Made by a program: the position numbers and the translations under genes
Part shown: positions 51,740-64,000 of the stretch, in pieces
How the letters are laid out: the number at the start of each line of letters is the position of its first letter
How positions within the stretch are numbered: position 1 is the first letter of the stretch
The notes under the pieces: generated by a model
Told to the model about the DNA's origin: nothing
The model's database searches: none
The model's input: only the letters and a program-made list of their open reading frames with translations
Source of the DNA: Heptranchias perlo
Taxonomy: Eukaryota
Assembly: GCF_035084215.1 (NCBI RefSeq)
Contig: NC_090328.1
Span: forward strand, 93,930,001 to 93,994,000
DNA length: 64,000 bases
Direction: 5' to 3'

Positions 51740-53949
51740 CATAGAATCATAGAATGATAGAAAATTTATGGCCATCGTGTCTGCGCGGCCGAAAATAAGC
51801 CAACCAGCCCAATCCCACATTCCAGCACTTGGTCCGTAGCCATGTATTTCATCCAGATACTTTTTAATTGAGCCTACAGCTTTCCTCCTCGCTATCAACC
51901 ACACGGTCAATTTTTGTATCATCTGCAAACTTCTTCATCATGCCCCCTACATTTAAATCCAAATCATTATTATATACCACAAAAAGCAAGGGACCTAGTA
52001 CTGAGTCCTGTGGAACCCCACTGGAAACATCCTTCCAGTCACAAAAACACCCGTCGACCATTACCCTTTGTTTTCTGCCACTGAGCCAATTTCGGACCCA
52101 ACTAGCCACTTTCCCTTGGATCCCATGGGCTTGTACTTTTTTGACCAGTCTGCCATGTGGCACCTTGTTAAAAGCCTTGCTAAAATCCATGTAGATTACA
52201 TCAAATGCACTACCCTCATCTACCCTCCTTGTTACCTCCTCAAAAAATTCAATCAAGTTAGTCAGACACAATCTTCCCTTAACAAATCCATGCTGACTGT
52301 CCTTGATTACTCCGTGCCTTTCTAAATGACTGTTTATCCTGTCCCTCAGAATTGATTCCAATAATTTGCCCACCACTGATGTTATACTGACTGGCCTGTA
52401 ATTACTCGGTCTATCCCTCGCTCCCTTTTTAAACAATGGTTCAACGTTAGCAGTCCTCCAATCCTCCAGCACCACGCCTGTATCCAGTGAGGATTGGAAA
52501 ATGATGGTCAGAGCCTCCACTATTTCCACCCTTGCTTCTTTTAACAACCTGGGATACATTTCATCCAGCCCTGTTGATTTATCTACTTTCAAAGATGCTA
52601 ATCCTCATAATACTTCCTCTCTCACTATGTTGATCCCATCCAATATTTCACACTCCTCCTCCTTAACTATAATCTCTGCATCGTTCTCCTCTTTTGTGAA
52701 GACAGTCGCAAAGTATTCATTAAAAACCATACCAACATCTTCCACCTCTACACATAGGTTATCTTTTTGGTCTGTAATAGGCCCTACTCTTTCCTTAGTT
52801 ATCCTCTTGTTCTTAATGTTTTTATAAAACATCTTTGGATTTTCCTTGATTTTACTTGCCAATATTCTTTCATGCCCTCTCTTTGTTTTCCTATTTTCCT
52901 TTTTAATTTCACCCCTGCACTTTCTATACTCCTCTAGGCTTTCTGCAGTATTGAGTTCTAGGTGTCTGACATAAGCTTCCCTTTTTTTTGCCTTATGCTC
53001 CTTGACATCCAGGGGTTTCTAGAAGTCCCACCTTTTTCTTTGTGGGAACATGTTTACTCTGAACCCCTAGAATCTCCCCCTTGAATGCCTCCCACTGCTC
53101 TGACACTGATTTACCTTCAAGTAGCTATTTCCAATCCATTTTTGCTAAATCATTTCTTAGCTTAGTAAAATTGGCCTTTCCCTAATTAAGAACTTTAACT
53201 CCTATTCTATCTTTGTCCTTTTCCATAACTATGCTAAAACTAACTGAATTATGATCACTACCACCAAATTGTTCCCCCACTGCTACTTCTTCCACCTGCC
53301 CAGCTTCTTTTCCTGAAACTAAATCCAGAAGTGCCCCCTCTCTCATTGGGCTTGCTACGTACTGGCTAAAAAAGTTCTCCTGAATGCAATTTAAGAATTT
53401 TGTGCCCTCTATACCCTTCACACTGTTTGTGTCCCAGTTAATATTAGGGTAGTTGAAATCCCTACTATTACTGCCCTATTGTTTTCGCATTTCTCAGAAA
53501 TTTGCCTACATATTTGCTATTCTATCTCCCTCTGACTGTTCGAGGGTCGATAGTACACTCCCAGTAATGTGACTGCCCCTTTTTTGTTCTTTAGCTCAAC
53601 CCTTAAGGCCTCATTTGATAACAACAATGTAATTGTTTCTTTAACCAAAATTGCCACCCCCTCCTTTTTTATCCCCCTCTCTATCTCGTCTGAAATCCCC
53701 GTAACCAGGAATGTTGAACTGCCATTCCTGCCCCTCTTTAAGCCATTTTTCTGTAATAGCTAAGATATAATACTGCCATGTGTCTATCTGTGCCCTCAGC
53801 TCATCTGCCTTATTCACTAGACTTCTTGCATTGATGTATATACCTTTAAGCACTGCCAAACTCTTTTGTTGTTTATTTTCTAGCCTTTGTTTCCCCTGCC
53901 TTCCAAACTCACTTACTAATTTTCTGCCTTCCATCTCCAGTTATGATTC
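51740..53949 (-). mobile_element. CR1 LINE (endonuclease plus RT, internally deleted) inserted into the transposase C-terminus
   Basis: YINARSLVNK, ITEKWL, SDHNSV, NYRPVSITS, KKFADDTK. Tail catagaatcatagaat at 51740. Apparent TSD tggat at 51735-51739 and 53950-53954. Confidence 0.93.
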
Positions 53950-54993
53950 TGGATGGTGGATAGGACATGGCGCCTCTTCAACCGGTAATCCTCTCTGTTG
54001 CGCCATATTGTGCAGGACACAACACACTACTATAATGCGACCCACTCTCGCTGGTGCGTATTGAAGCGCTCCCCCAGAACGATCGAGGCACCGAAATTGC
54101 ATCTTAAACAGCCCTATTGCATGTTCAATTAAAGACCTGGTGGCGCTGTGACTGCCGTTGTATCAACGCTGTTGCTTGCTGATGGGGTTCCTCAGAGGTG
54201 TCATGAGCCATGTGTGCGGAGAGTATCCCTTGTCCCCGAGGAGCCAGCCCGTAAGGGTGTTCGGCGCGTGGAAGTGGCCCGGGTTGTTAGATTCCCTCAG
54301 AATGAATGAATTGTGGCAGCTGCCAGGGAATCTGGCGCAGAGGTGAAGAAATCTTTTTCGGTGGTCCAAACGAGCTGAGCATTGATGAAGTGATATCCTT
54401 TCTGTTGATGAACAGTCCTGGCTCATGTGGAGGTGCTTGGATTGCTATATGCGTGCAATCGATTGCACCCTGTACATGTGAGAAGCCAACCACAGAGTGG
54501 AATCCCACTGCCCTCTCCATCTTGCTGAGGTCGTCCATGGGGAAGTTGACGTATTGCCAGGCCTTGCGAAACAAGCCATTGTTGACCTGCCTTATGCACT
54601 TGTGTGCAGATGACTGACAGAACCTGGAATGATCCGGAGACGAAGAAGTGGAGGGCAGTGGTCACTTTAACTGCGACGGGTAATGAAATGCCGTCAGGCC
54701 CAACCAGGAGCAGCTTGACATGAAGGAGGCTGCAGGTGTCTGCGACCACCTGGCGACTCACTCTCAGCCTCCGTGTGCGCTGCTCATCAGAGAGGTCCAG
54801 GAAGCTGAGCCTCGGTCTGTCGAGGGTACTGTCTCCTGCGACGTCGCTCCCTCTGTTGTTCCCCTCTGTGCCCTTGTGCAGGTGCCTATGGTGCAGCACT
54901 GTGTTGTGGAGCTGCAAGTGGTGGAAGTGCACGCCATGCCTGGTGACGATGGTGATGTTGCTCGTCCTCGGATGTACTAGTGAATGCAGCCAT
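53950..54993 (-). pseudogene. Harbinger DDE transposase, copy 2 (C-terminal tail displaced to about 51690-51739)
   Basis: SFLDLSDEQ, LPVAVKVTTAL, GAIDCTH, ARFPGSCHNSFIL, GDKGY, IEHAIGLFK, CCVLHN; several frameshifts. Confidence 0.9.
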
Positions 54994-56289
54994 CGCGTTC
55001 CCCCCCATCCTGCTGGTGTCTGTTTAAGGGTCCGAAAATTTGGTAAATATGTGTCAACAGAACAAGTCTGAGTGGAAACCAAGAATTTTCAGTCTAAACA
55101 CAAAGATCTCTGAAAAAAGTTTGTCTGAGAGAACTGAATGCCCTGCTGCAATAACTCACCTTTTATCCCCATCTGTCAAACAGGGATTTAAATGTCCAAA
55201 TGGCTGCCGGCTGAAACCCAACTACTTTCCAGTGATGCATTTCACACAGCACGGCAAACATGCTGAGGCAGCGTTGAAATCGCTTGCCTTCACTCTTAAT
55301 TAGATTTATGTACATTTCAAGTACTTGAATTGCTTGCTTAAATATCGTCCCACCGACTTTAATTGCTGGCGGGACTTCCAGGTTTGGAAACAGCGCGCAC
55401 ACCTAGACTCTGGGTTGTGCACGTTTTTAAGTGTGCTGGAGTCGGGATTTCTGCCCGGTCCTGGAAATTGAAGTTTTCTTCACCCCCGCCCCCTACGCAC
55501 CCGCAGTTCCATTTTAAAATCGAGCCCCTGATGCTGCTGCTCATTTATGAGCCACTAGGAGGTATGTGAGAACAGCCTTGGATTAACTAGCTCCCGCATC
55601 GCCTGTCGAGAAAAAGTTTGGCCTTCAATTTATGCCTCTCTCCAGCACATTGAGATATTATTTTACACCCTAACTTCTCCACTAGAACTTTTTTTATACT
55701 AAGGAGACGAGAGGTGCACTTTGAAGCTCTTGTTTCTTCAGCCTCATTGTTCAAACAAAACAATTTTTAAGTTACAATTACTGGAGTGATTGAGACAGAA
55801 GCCAAGGATAATAGTTGGTTCAGAGCGTGCTAGAAGGCTGTGACATGATTGAGAGGTTAGATGATGCAGAAACTACAAGAGTAAAGCTTCTGAATGTCAT
55901 CTGAACCTAAAGATTATGCTACTGCCTTCAGCCCATTCCAGTTCAGCCTTAAACTTTAATTCACATATTTATATTGGATTCAGTTACTTTGCATTGTGTT
56001 CACGTGTTACTTGATAGTGATATTTTATAGATGAGTATTAAATGTGTTAGCAAGGGTATGGCAGCTTGGGCAGCAATGTGCAAGAGGAATTGTAATGGAA
56101 TGTGAGTTGTGACTTTGTGGGACAGGCAAGCAGGTTAATGAGTAGGCTTCCTGAATCAGGAGAGGATGCTTACGGTATAATAAAGTTTGTCATGGTTATG
56201 GACTGTTGCATTGTCCACAAACATTCAGCGTGGCAGTAGTGCAACACAATAGCTGTGACTCAATCCTCAGGCTTGTTGTGAAGGGTGAC

Positions 56290-56625
56290 AAAAATGGCCA
56301 GTGGCCATGGACCCAATGGCTACCCAGTTGAGTTCTACCAGGCCCTGTTCCCTGGAACTGACACCTCTGATACTGAAATCCTTTTACCGTCTTGAGGAGA
56401 CAAGCACCCTCCTAGGCACTTTCAAGACTGTTTCAATCACACCAATATAAAAAAAGGCAAAGATCCTAGCCTATGTTCTTCCTACGAGCCCATATCCTTA
56501 CAAAATGTTGACCAAGATCCTGGACGCAATTGCCCTTGGCCTAGTCCATGCTGACCAAACCGACTTCATATGGGATCATCGTTCAGGAAACAGTACTAGA
56601 TGTCCGTTGAACATTGTGCACCACC
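56290..56625 (+). mobile_element. Ancient L1/Tx1-clade RT fragment
   Basis: Reads GPNGYPVEFY...KKGKDP..CSSYEPISLQNVD.KIL...VHADQTDFI. Confidence 0.75.
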
Positions 56626-56959
56626 GCAAGAGCACCAGCAGCCCTACCTTAATACATTTGACAGAGAGAAGTGCAAACTTCATGTTGTACTCTGTAGTGC
56701 TTTCCAGAAGTGAATTAAAATCCTGTATTTAACCTCACATCTACTCTATGCATCAATGTCTTTTGCTCCCCAATTATGGTTAGAGGCCATAAATAAACAT
56801 CAATATGCCTAAAATGGCACTAAAGATTAAATGATTCCCCCTCCTCCCCGCCCCCCCCAAGAGAAGTAGATAAGCAGAACAGGCTCTAGCAAGGGCAAGT
56901 GATGCAATGCCAATTAGCTTATTTAAAGAGAAGACTTATGCTGTGGTACAGCTGCATGT

Positions 56960-57250
56960 TGTCTAAGTGGCTACTCCTCTTGTGTGATTACAGATAATGA
57001 GTATTGGCAGGCTCAACTCTGAGGGTGCATCACAGCCGAGCCCAAACCTCTCCTCACGCAAACTCCACGTGTATGAATGTACCACCTGGGGGTTACTGGA
57101 TGGCAATTAGGAATGGGAAACTTGGCTGATTTTCTCCTCCATAACCCATTGTGGCTGAGTAGCTCAGCCCAGGCCAGCAATCACCCCTTGATCTTTGGTG
57201 AGCTGTATCACTTAGTACCACAGCTATGGGAGCACTAACCCACTGAGCCA
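56960..57250 (-). mobile_element. tRNA-headed SINE, old
   Basis: Minus strand begins tggctcagtgggttagtg (A-box-like); body shared with 44740-45010. Confidence 0.55.
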
Positions 57251-60200
57251 AATAACATGTTATTAATGTAAGATTGATATCCTGGAGATTTGTTAGACTT
57301 GGGGAGTCAGAGAAATTTCAGTCCTATCTTCTCCAAAGTCTTTATTTAAATTAAATAACAATAGTAATTGGGAGAGTCTATATCAGTGGAAATTGACATT
57401 GCCTTTTAGAGACAAAGGGCTCAATAGGCCAAATGGCTTTCTCATTCCTAAAGTTATGTTCTCTGAGCTCTTCAGCACAATCTTATTCAGCGTCATCTGT
57501 ATTATAATTTTTTGTGGATATAGAGATGCCATTTTTAAAAAAATCTCTCTCACCCTCTCCCTCACCCTCTTTCATTTCTCATTAGGTCTTGCCCACAAAT
57601 GGCATTGTGTTTACAGTAACTATTCTTCCTCCAGTCTTGATGACTTTCTAATTCATGGACAGTTCATTTATTGCTAGTTTGTTTAAAATCGGTTTTTAAA
57701 TATTGAGTGAAAATTAAGCAGCTGGTCTATTTTCTTTCAGAATCCCAGGATTAGATTTCAGCACTCTCAGTGAAGCTTCTTATTGATTTTGTTGGTCATG
57801 GATATATACTTGACCTTGATTCAAAGTATTTTGCTGGGGACAAGTGCTGTATTTAACCTGCCTCAGTGAGCATTTAAGGTTGTAGATCTACATTTTTAAA
57901 GTGTCTTTGTATAGCTCAATAGGTAACATCAAGCTTAGTGATGGCTGGTGTGCACTATTTGCCAAACAAACAATGCAGTATCTACTGATAAAATAGTGAG
58001 AAATGCAAGAGTTGCTTACTGTGTGCAGATGTGCAGCTTTTATATGGGCAAGGATCAAGCAGTTTTCGAGGCCCCTGAGTTCCTGTTGCACTGATCCTAT
58101 TTACCTGTGTGTACATCAGTTTCTCTGTTTGAGTAAGTGAGAAATAATGGTGAATCCAAAGTTAGTATTCACTCAGCATTGTCTACTACTTGGAGATGCA
58201 GAATTTTTTTTAAAAAATCCAAAGGACTAGTTCTCATAGATAAACCAGAAAATCACAGGTGCAGGTACAACTCACACATGTGATGCTATTTCTTTCTAAA
58301 TGGGAAGGGGAGAGGGAGACAAGGAAGATAAGAGGGAGGAAAGAAGGGGAGAGAAATTATACATAGTCAAGCCTGACTAGGACTTGGCTCTTGTCCAGCT
58401 TTTTTAAATTGTAGATGACCCTGTACACCTGATATTTCTGCACAAGAAAGATATCAGACTGGTGTCGCAATGTGCCAGGCGAGGTCGTCTTCACCTCTGT
58501 AATAACAGCACTTTGTAAAATTATAATAGGAAGAAGGTCTAGAAGGTCAGTAGGTGTGTGATCCTGGCAGTTTTGCCGGGATATTGCTTGCTGCAGAATT
58601 CCGGCGCAGGCTTTGTTGAAGTTTGCAGTGTCAGTGGGGGTTGGCCTTCCAGTAATGGGCCTTGGGTAGTTTGAAGGCGCATCTGCTGTGCCCCCACCAA
58701 ACATGCTGGAAATACCAGTGAAAACAGGCTGGCCTTGAAATGGGGGGGCGATGGGTTGGCAGGTGCCAGGTCTATCCACCCCTGCCCTGGAAAGGTGATG
58801 AAGCTGCCCTCTGTCAGGGGGCCACTTTAATTTTTGTTTAATGTGCTGCTCCCTGATCTTTGTGGTGGGGGGGCAGGCCCAAACCCAAACCCAAACCCCA
58901 GCCTGGGTGCTCAGGTAAGCCCCAGTTCGGTATAAACAAGGTACATGCGCCGATGTTACGGCAAGCGTAGGGACTCCCAAATTAGGGATTCCTGGCCCTA
59001 CCCTCTTACATTGACAGCCTTGTCAGGGCAGGCAAAGGCTCTCACCCCATATGGCCATTCCAGAAACTGCGGCTGAGTTTCCAGCCATTCCAGTGGACTC
59101 CCTTCAAACCTATGGTGGGAAGCCACTGGAACGGAGACTCATTTTAGGGGCCAGGGTCTTGTAAGTGACTGACTTTAGTTGGAATTTGATATGCCACACT
59201 GTGGAATCAGCATGTTGTTTCCTCCAAAGTAACATATCTAGGTAGTTGACTATAACCTTCAGGAGCATCATGACCTTTCTCTTTTTTTGCCAATGATAGC
59301 CCATTAAAATAATTAGTGTTGCATTCATAGATTTAGTTGGCATATAATAAACCTATCCATCATCTCTGACTGGTTTTATTGTCACTAAATTGAAAACGTA
59401 TTTCAGTATTCAAAATCACCGGGGAACACACATGCTCAGGTTTCCCAGGTGGGAACCAAAACCTACAACCATCTGGCCTGGAGTTGTTTATTTCTGTAGC
59501 CAGAAGCAAATCAACAATTTTCAGGATGGAGATTTTCCCTCCACTGTTACAGTAGTTTTCCAGTCTACATCATGAGGAATATTCAGATCTTGCCTGCTTA
59601 TTACATGATCTGTTCTGTTTAATATTTGCAATTATAGACAGCAATAAGAAACACTTCAATGTGTTCGAAAGCCTGGCAGTCTCTCTTGCAGTGAAGATGA
59701 AAGAACTATTGTCATTTATCACAACACAGTTACTGAAAGTACATTGAAGGTCAATTGTGACTCTCATTTCTGATAAGGGCCTTTGCAGAATAAATCTTTT
59801 TCTTTCATGTTAGAAGGACAATGCACAACAGCAAAAAAATCAATTAGTGGAATGATTTTCAGAATGGAGAGTTGCTGAAGTGCGTATAAACATGCAGTCT
59901 GCTTTGACCTTCCCAAAAATGACACAAGCTGTAATTTAGCAAAAGAAAAACATTTTGAATCAACCCAAAGATGCTTTATTGTCTGATAATGATTATGAAA
60001 TTGATTAATATGATAAGTAATCAGGCCACTCACTGGTGACATCAGAAGCCTGCATTCAGATCTTGCATATAATCTACAATGTCGTACATGTATACTACAA
60101 AATTGTGCATCCATGGCAGCTGACATTGGTTCTGTTTGGGCAATTATTCAATTAAAAACAAGCAGCGCTAACAGCAGTAGATACACAGTCATTAACCCAC

Positions 60201-60700
60201 GGTGCTTCGGAGACTGTATAATTTCAACTGGGGATGTCAGTTCGGCTCATGTCCGATGTCAGGCTCAGTAATACCTCCTGTTAGTGATGTCACAGCATTC
60301 ACTGTTTAAGCAAAGATATTCAAAATATAAATAAAAATAATTGAGAAGTAATAGTAAAGATATTTAAAGTTAATCCTAAAACTTTATAAGGGTTGAATGT
60401 GAAGGTATGACTGTCTGGTGGATTCTTCAGATGCAGAGGTGGTGGGGGGGGGGAATTCCCTTGCCATTTTCAGCATATTAGTAGTGAATAAACAATACAG
60501 GAATTTTTTTAGGCAAGAAAATAGTATGGAAGTCATTTTCAGCAGTTTTGTGTCATTAAAATGCTTCTCCTGAGTTCTCTCATCTTTTTGAGCCTTCCTG
60601 AGATCCAGCCGCTGAATCCCCACTGACCTCATCTGCTTTTGTCAGAGTGAGGGCTGGTGATGTAGCAGCTGTGTGTCTCTCGGGTTTGCACTGCTAATGC

Positions 60701-61915
60701 AACAACAAACAACCACTACTTACATTTACATAGTGCCTTTAACACAGAAAAATGTCCCAAAAAACTTCACAGAAGCGTAGTAAGACAAAAATTGACTCTG
60801 AGCCAAAGAAGGAGATATTAGGAAGGGTGACTAAAAGCTTGGTCAGAAGGCGTAGATTGTTGGGAGGGTCTTGAAGGAAGAGAGAGAGAGAAGTGGAGAG
60901 GTTTACGGAGGGAATTGCAGTGTTTAGGGCCTAGATGACTAAAGGCACGCCCGCCAATGGTGTGTGAAGGGAGTGGGGGATGCACAAGGGTGCGGAGATG
61001 GAGTAATGCAGAGTTCTCGGAGGGTTGTAGGACTAAAGGAGGTTACAGAGATGGGAAGGGGGAGAGGCCATGGATTGATTTGAATAAGAGGATAAGAAAT
61101 TTAAATTTGAGGTATTGGGAGGACCAAGAGCCAATGTAGGTTAGCGAGTGCAGGGGTGATGACTGAGCAGGACTTGGTGTGGGTTCGGATACAGGTAGCA
61201 GAATTTTGGATGAGCTGAAGTCGATGGAGGGTGGAGGATAGGAGGTTAGCCAGGAGAGCATTGGAATAGTCGAGACTGTAGGTGATAAAGGCATGGGTGA
61301 GGTTTTGGGAGCAGACAAGCTGAGGCAAGGGCAGAAATGGGTGATATTACAGAGATGGAAGTGGATGATGGTTCTCGACGGATAGCCAGGTGGTGAAGGA
61401 TAGAATACTGGAGCCGAGTCTTCAGTTGTTTCCAAGCCTTTATTCAGAGAGCTCCACATTACACCCACACCACACCCGAGCTCAGCTCTCATAAATGGAT
61501 ACAAGAGAGTTCCCAATTTATATGTATCACCTGAATACAATTGACACTAATTGATATAAATCTCATGGATACAATTAACAACGGTCTTTGTGATGGAGAG
61601 GATATGGAGGGCGGGAGCTCAGCTTCAGATCAAATAGGATGCTGAGGTTGCGAACAGTCTGGTTTAGCCTGAGACAGTGGCCAGGGAGAGGGATGGAATC
61701 AGTGACAAGGGAATGGCATTTGTGGTGGGAGCTAAAGACGATGGCTTACATCTTCCCAATGTTTAATTGGAGGAAATTTTGACTCATCCAGGACTGGATA
61801 TTGGAGAAGCAGTCTGACAACACCGAGGCAGTGGGGTTTGTTGAGAGGTGTGGTGGTGAGATAGAGCTGGGTGTCATCAGCATACATAAGGAACCAGACA
61901 TTGTATTTTCGGATG
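60701..61915 (-). mobile_element. L2 LINE 3' portion
   Basis: MYADDTQLYL, IQSWMSQNFLQLNIGK, HAFITYSLDYSNALL, LQLIQNSA, ITPALANLHWL; (ttg)n-type tail at 60701. Confidence 0.92.
61369..61580 (-). mobile_element. Short solo LTR (about 212 bp, Gypsy-like) inserted in the L2
   Basis: Interrupts the L2. Minus strand reads TGTTAATT...AGAACCA with CATATAAA then AATAAA. TSD is only degenerate (atga/acgg). Confidence 0.6.
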
Positions 61916-61919
61916 ATGT

Positions 61920-63024
61920 CGCCCCAGCTTCCGAGCTGATGCACAGGAGTGAAGCAACAAGTGGTGCAGGAGGCCAGTTAGAGAAAGTTGGGGCAGAAGA
62001 ACATGGGGGAGATCTCTGCAGGAACTCAAGGGTGGACTTCAATCTGATTTCAACTCTCTGTCGTCCTCCTTGTCTTTATTATCATCATAGTTCACAAGAA
62101 TGTAGTTATGTCTCTGTTCTTCCGCCTCCTCCTCATAATCATCATTATCACATTTTCCTCCTTCTGTGCTTCCTATTGCTTTGGCAGATCTGAAGGAGAG
62201 GAGGTCAAAGCTAAGACTGTGTGAGCATTACCTCCTTGGGATTAAGGAGACAGAGAAGGGGGTGGAAACTTGTGACTGTGTGTTCCTTCACGGGGATGCC
62301 AGGGCGACAGTGAAGGTGCTCAGTCAGTAACTTGGTGCCTGCAAGATGTCGCAGACCTCACCATCTCCTACAGAAAGAGTTGAGTGAAATCTCACGAGCT
62401 CCATGGCCTTCTCCTCGAAGGGAGAGAGGGATGGGGATAGTCACTCTGTCGGCCTATCTTTGGTGGGCATTGTACGCCAATTTGTCCTGCAAGAAAATAG
62501 TGAATGAGTGTAAGGCTGGCAGTTGAGTGTGTGGCAAGAGACAAAAGAGAGCTGAAATGTGGGGGCATGAGCCTGCTAAGGTGGAGGAAGGAATTTTAGG
62601 GTTGTGCATCTAATTAATTGGTGTTAGCAGAGCTGTGTAATCATTGTATAGGATACTGAATTAGAGCTGCCCTTAACCAGAGAGCAATGTGAAGGGTTAG
62701 TTGTGCAAGTATTGCTTTAAGAGGGTGAAGAGTGTACTGGTGCCCAGGATGAGCAAGGAAGAAAAGGAGGGAGTGTCCAGTGTATTACCTTGCCAGCACT
62801 TGTGAGTTCGTTGAACATTTTGCAGAACTGGCCTGCAGTTTTAGAGATGAGGGAGTTGGCACTCAGTGTCAGTGACACCTCCCTCCAGGTGGCACAAGCT
62901 ATATTCCTGACCGCTTGGTAGTACCCACACCCAAGAGGCTGTGCCTCCAGCCTTCAATTTCCTGCAGGAGGCCTTGGTGGTCTGCATCTGAAAAGTTATT
63001 TCTCCTTCTCCTGAATGGGGCCAT
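61920..63024 (-). pseudogene. Older, divergent Harbinger-type Myb/SANT gene relic with three-exon structure
   Basis: Exon 1 (63024-62789) MAPFRRRRNNFSDADHQGLLQEIE...WREVS...KTAGQFCKMFNELTSAGK|gtaata. Exon 2 from cttgcag|62486 DKLAYNAHQR...LSPFEEKAMELV. Exon 3 from ccttcag|62189 is acidic. Confidence 0.75.
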
Positions 63025-63437
63025 GCTCTGTTGCCCTCTGGTCCATATGGTTCTTGAATGTTTAAATATAGAAATATCATTAAAAATATTGATAAGACAT
63101 CCAGCGAAGTTATTTGAGAGTGCATCATGAGAACCAAGCAATGTTCTTATTTACCTGTTTATCTGCTAGTCTGCTGCTGAAGCGCATAGGCTGAAATGTG
63201 TTTTTAGGAATTGCCATGCAGTTCAGTTGGTTACATCAGTTTTGCACAGATTTTATGGTTATCCAAATGAGCTGACTCAGGAAACTCGTGTACCTCCCCC
63301 TACAGGCTACGGGTTGGTGTAACAGTGGCGCAACTCACTTTGTCAGCAATGAGAGGAGGGACAGGGCATGGGCCACATAGAATTAGTTTGGGGGGCGGGG
63401 AGGGAGGATCTGATGCTTAGCAACACTGGATCTGAGA

Positions 63438-63535
63438 TTGATGAAGGGTAGATGCACGAAATGTAATAACCAGCCTTTTCTCTTTACAGAAGCTGACTTA
63501 CCTGCTGTGCGTTTTTAGCATTTTCTGTTTTTTCT
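63438..63535 (+). mobile_element. Degenerate Penelope-like terminal repeat (second family)
   Basis: tgatgaaggg...cgaaatgt (decayed hammerhead core) followed by acctgctg...agcattttctgtttt. Confidence 0.5.
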
Positions 63536-63740
63536 GTAAACATTGATCTTGGTGTTTTGTGATGGGTTCCTGAATGTCTTTCTTTGCCTGCATTCTCTCT
63601 CTTATTCACGCACATAGCTCTAAAAAAATATATAAACATTCCAACTTCCAACTCTGAACAAATCATAGGCAGTAATTAGAGCTTTCAAAATTTAACTCGT
63701 TTTTAATTTGAAAGGAAAATTAAATGAGAAAAGACCCTAT

Positions 63741-63907
63741 GGGATACATTTTCATCTTCACCGCATGGATAATAACCTGGCAGAGCGGATTGTCCAGCAG
63801 TTATAGAACCCACCCAATTTTCATTCCATTCGGACAGCTTCTATAACAGTTGAGCGATCCACTCCGCTAGTTGATCAGCCATGCAGTGAAGATAAAAATT
63901 TACCCCC
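63741..63907. mobile_element. Palindromic MITE with Harbinger-like ends
   Basis: attttcatcttcaccgcatgg pairs with ccatgcagtgaagataaaaat; gagcggattg pairs with cgatccactc; gttatagaa pairs with ttctataac. Confidence 0.75.
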
Positions 63908-63964
63908 ATCTGTCTCTGTTTTTTCTCTCTTTCGCTCTTTTTTTCTCTCTCTATTTCTCTACCT

Positions 63965-64000
63965 TGATGTGGAGATGCCAGTGATGGACTGGGGTGCACA
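63965..64000 (-). mobile_element. Penelope-like terminus, cut by the window edge
   Basis: Reverse complement of 20488-20522 (ccccagtccatcac(c/t)ggcatctccacatc). Confidence 0.75.

Larger units (their letters stand above)
49275..55527 (-). mobile_element. PIF/Harbinger DNA transposon, copy 2 (inverted relative to copy 1; contains a CR1 insertion)
   Basis: TIRs gggctcaattttaaaa and ttttaaaatcgagccc with a perfect 3-bp TSD CTG (49272-49274 and 55528-55530). This is the CWG type known for zebrafish Harbinger3_DR. Confidence 0.95.

Noticed and set aside
57190-57250. tRNA gene
   Set aside because: Only an A-box-like head with no cloverleaf; it is attached to a SINE body.
58357-58980. 207-aa ORF on the minus strand
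   Set aside because: No recognisable domain; it lies in GC-rich MITE-like sequence where long chance ORFs are expected.
60565-60700. Possible terminal exon on the minus strand (PERHTAATSP...GSKR*)
   Set aside because: The putative acceptor tract is the L2 tail and the peptide is unrecognised.
63490-63506. Strong minus-strand splice donor CAG|GTAAGT as evidence of a host exon
   Set aside because: It falls within a decayed Penelope-like terminal repeat.

Overview
This is repeat-rich, non-coding eukaryotic DNA from a vertebrate. The repeat landscape suggests a shark or other cartilaginous fish (inference). No host protein-coding exon, tRNA, rRNA or CRISPR array could be supported, and nearly all ORFs in the track are transposon fragments or chance ORFs. 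PIF/Harbinger DNA transposons dominate. There are two related two-gene copies in opposite orientation (6132-10238 and 49275-55527), each with a DDE transposase convergent with a spliced Myb/SANT gene, and both are decayed. At least five older Harbinger gene relics and several TIR-bounded MITEs are also present. Other elements are CR1 LINEs (one inserted in a Harbinger transposase), a second CR1/Jockey-group LINE family, L2 and L1/Tx1 fragments, two solo LTRs, SINE fragments and Penelope-like termini carrying minimal hammerhead-like motifs. The most unusual structure is a 297-bp Penelope-like insertion at 20226-20522, whose inverted arms enclose a perfect 56-bp inverted copy of nearby flanking DNA. 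All alignments were done by eye; coordinates of old elements are approximate and no identities were computed.
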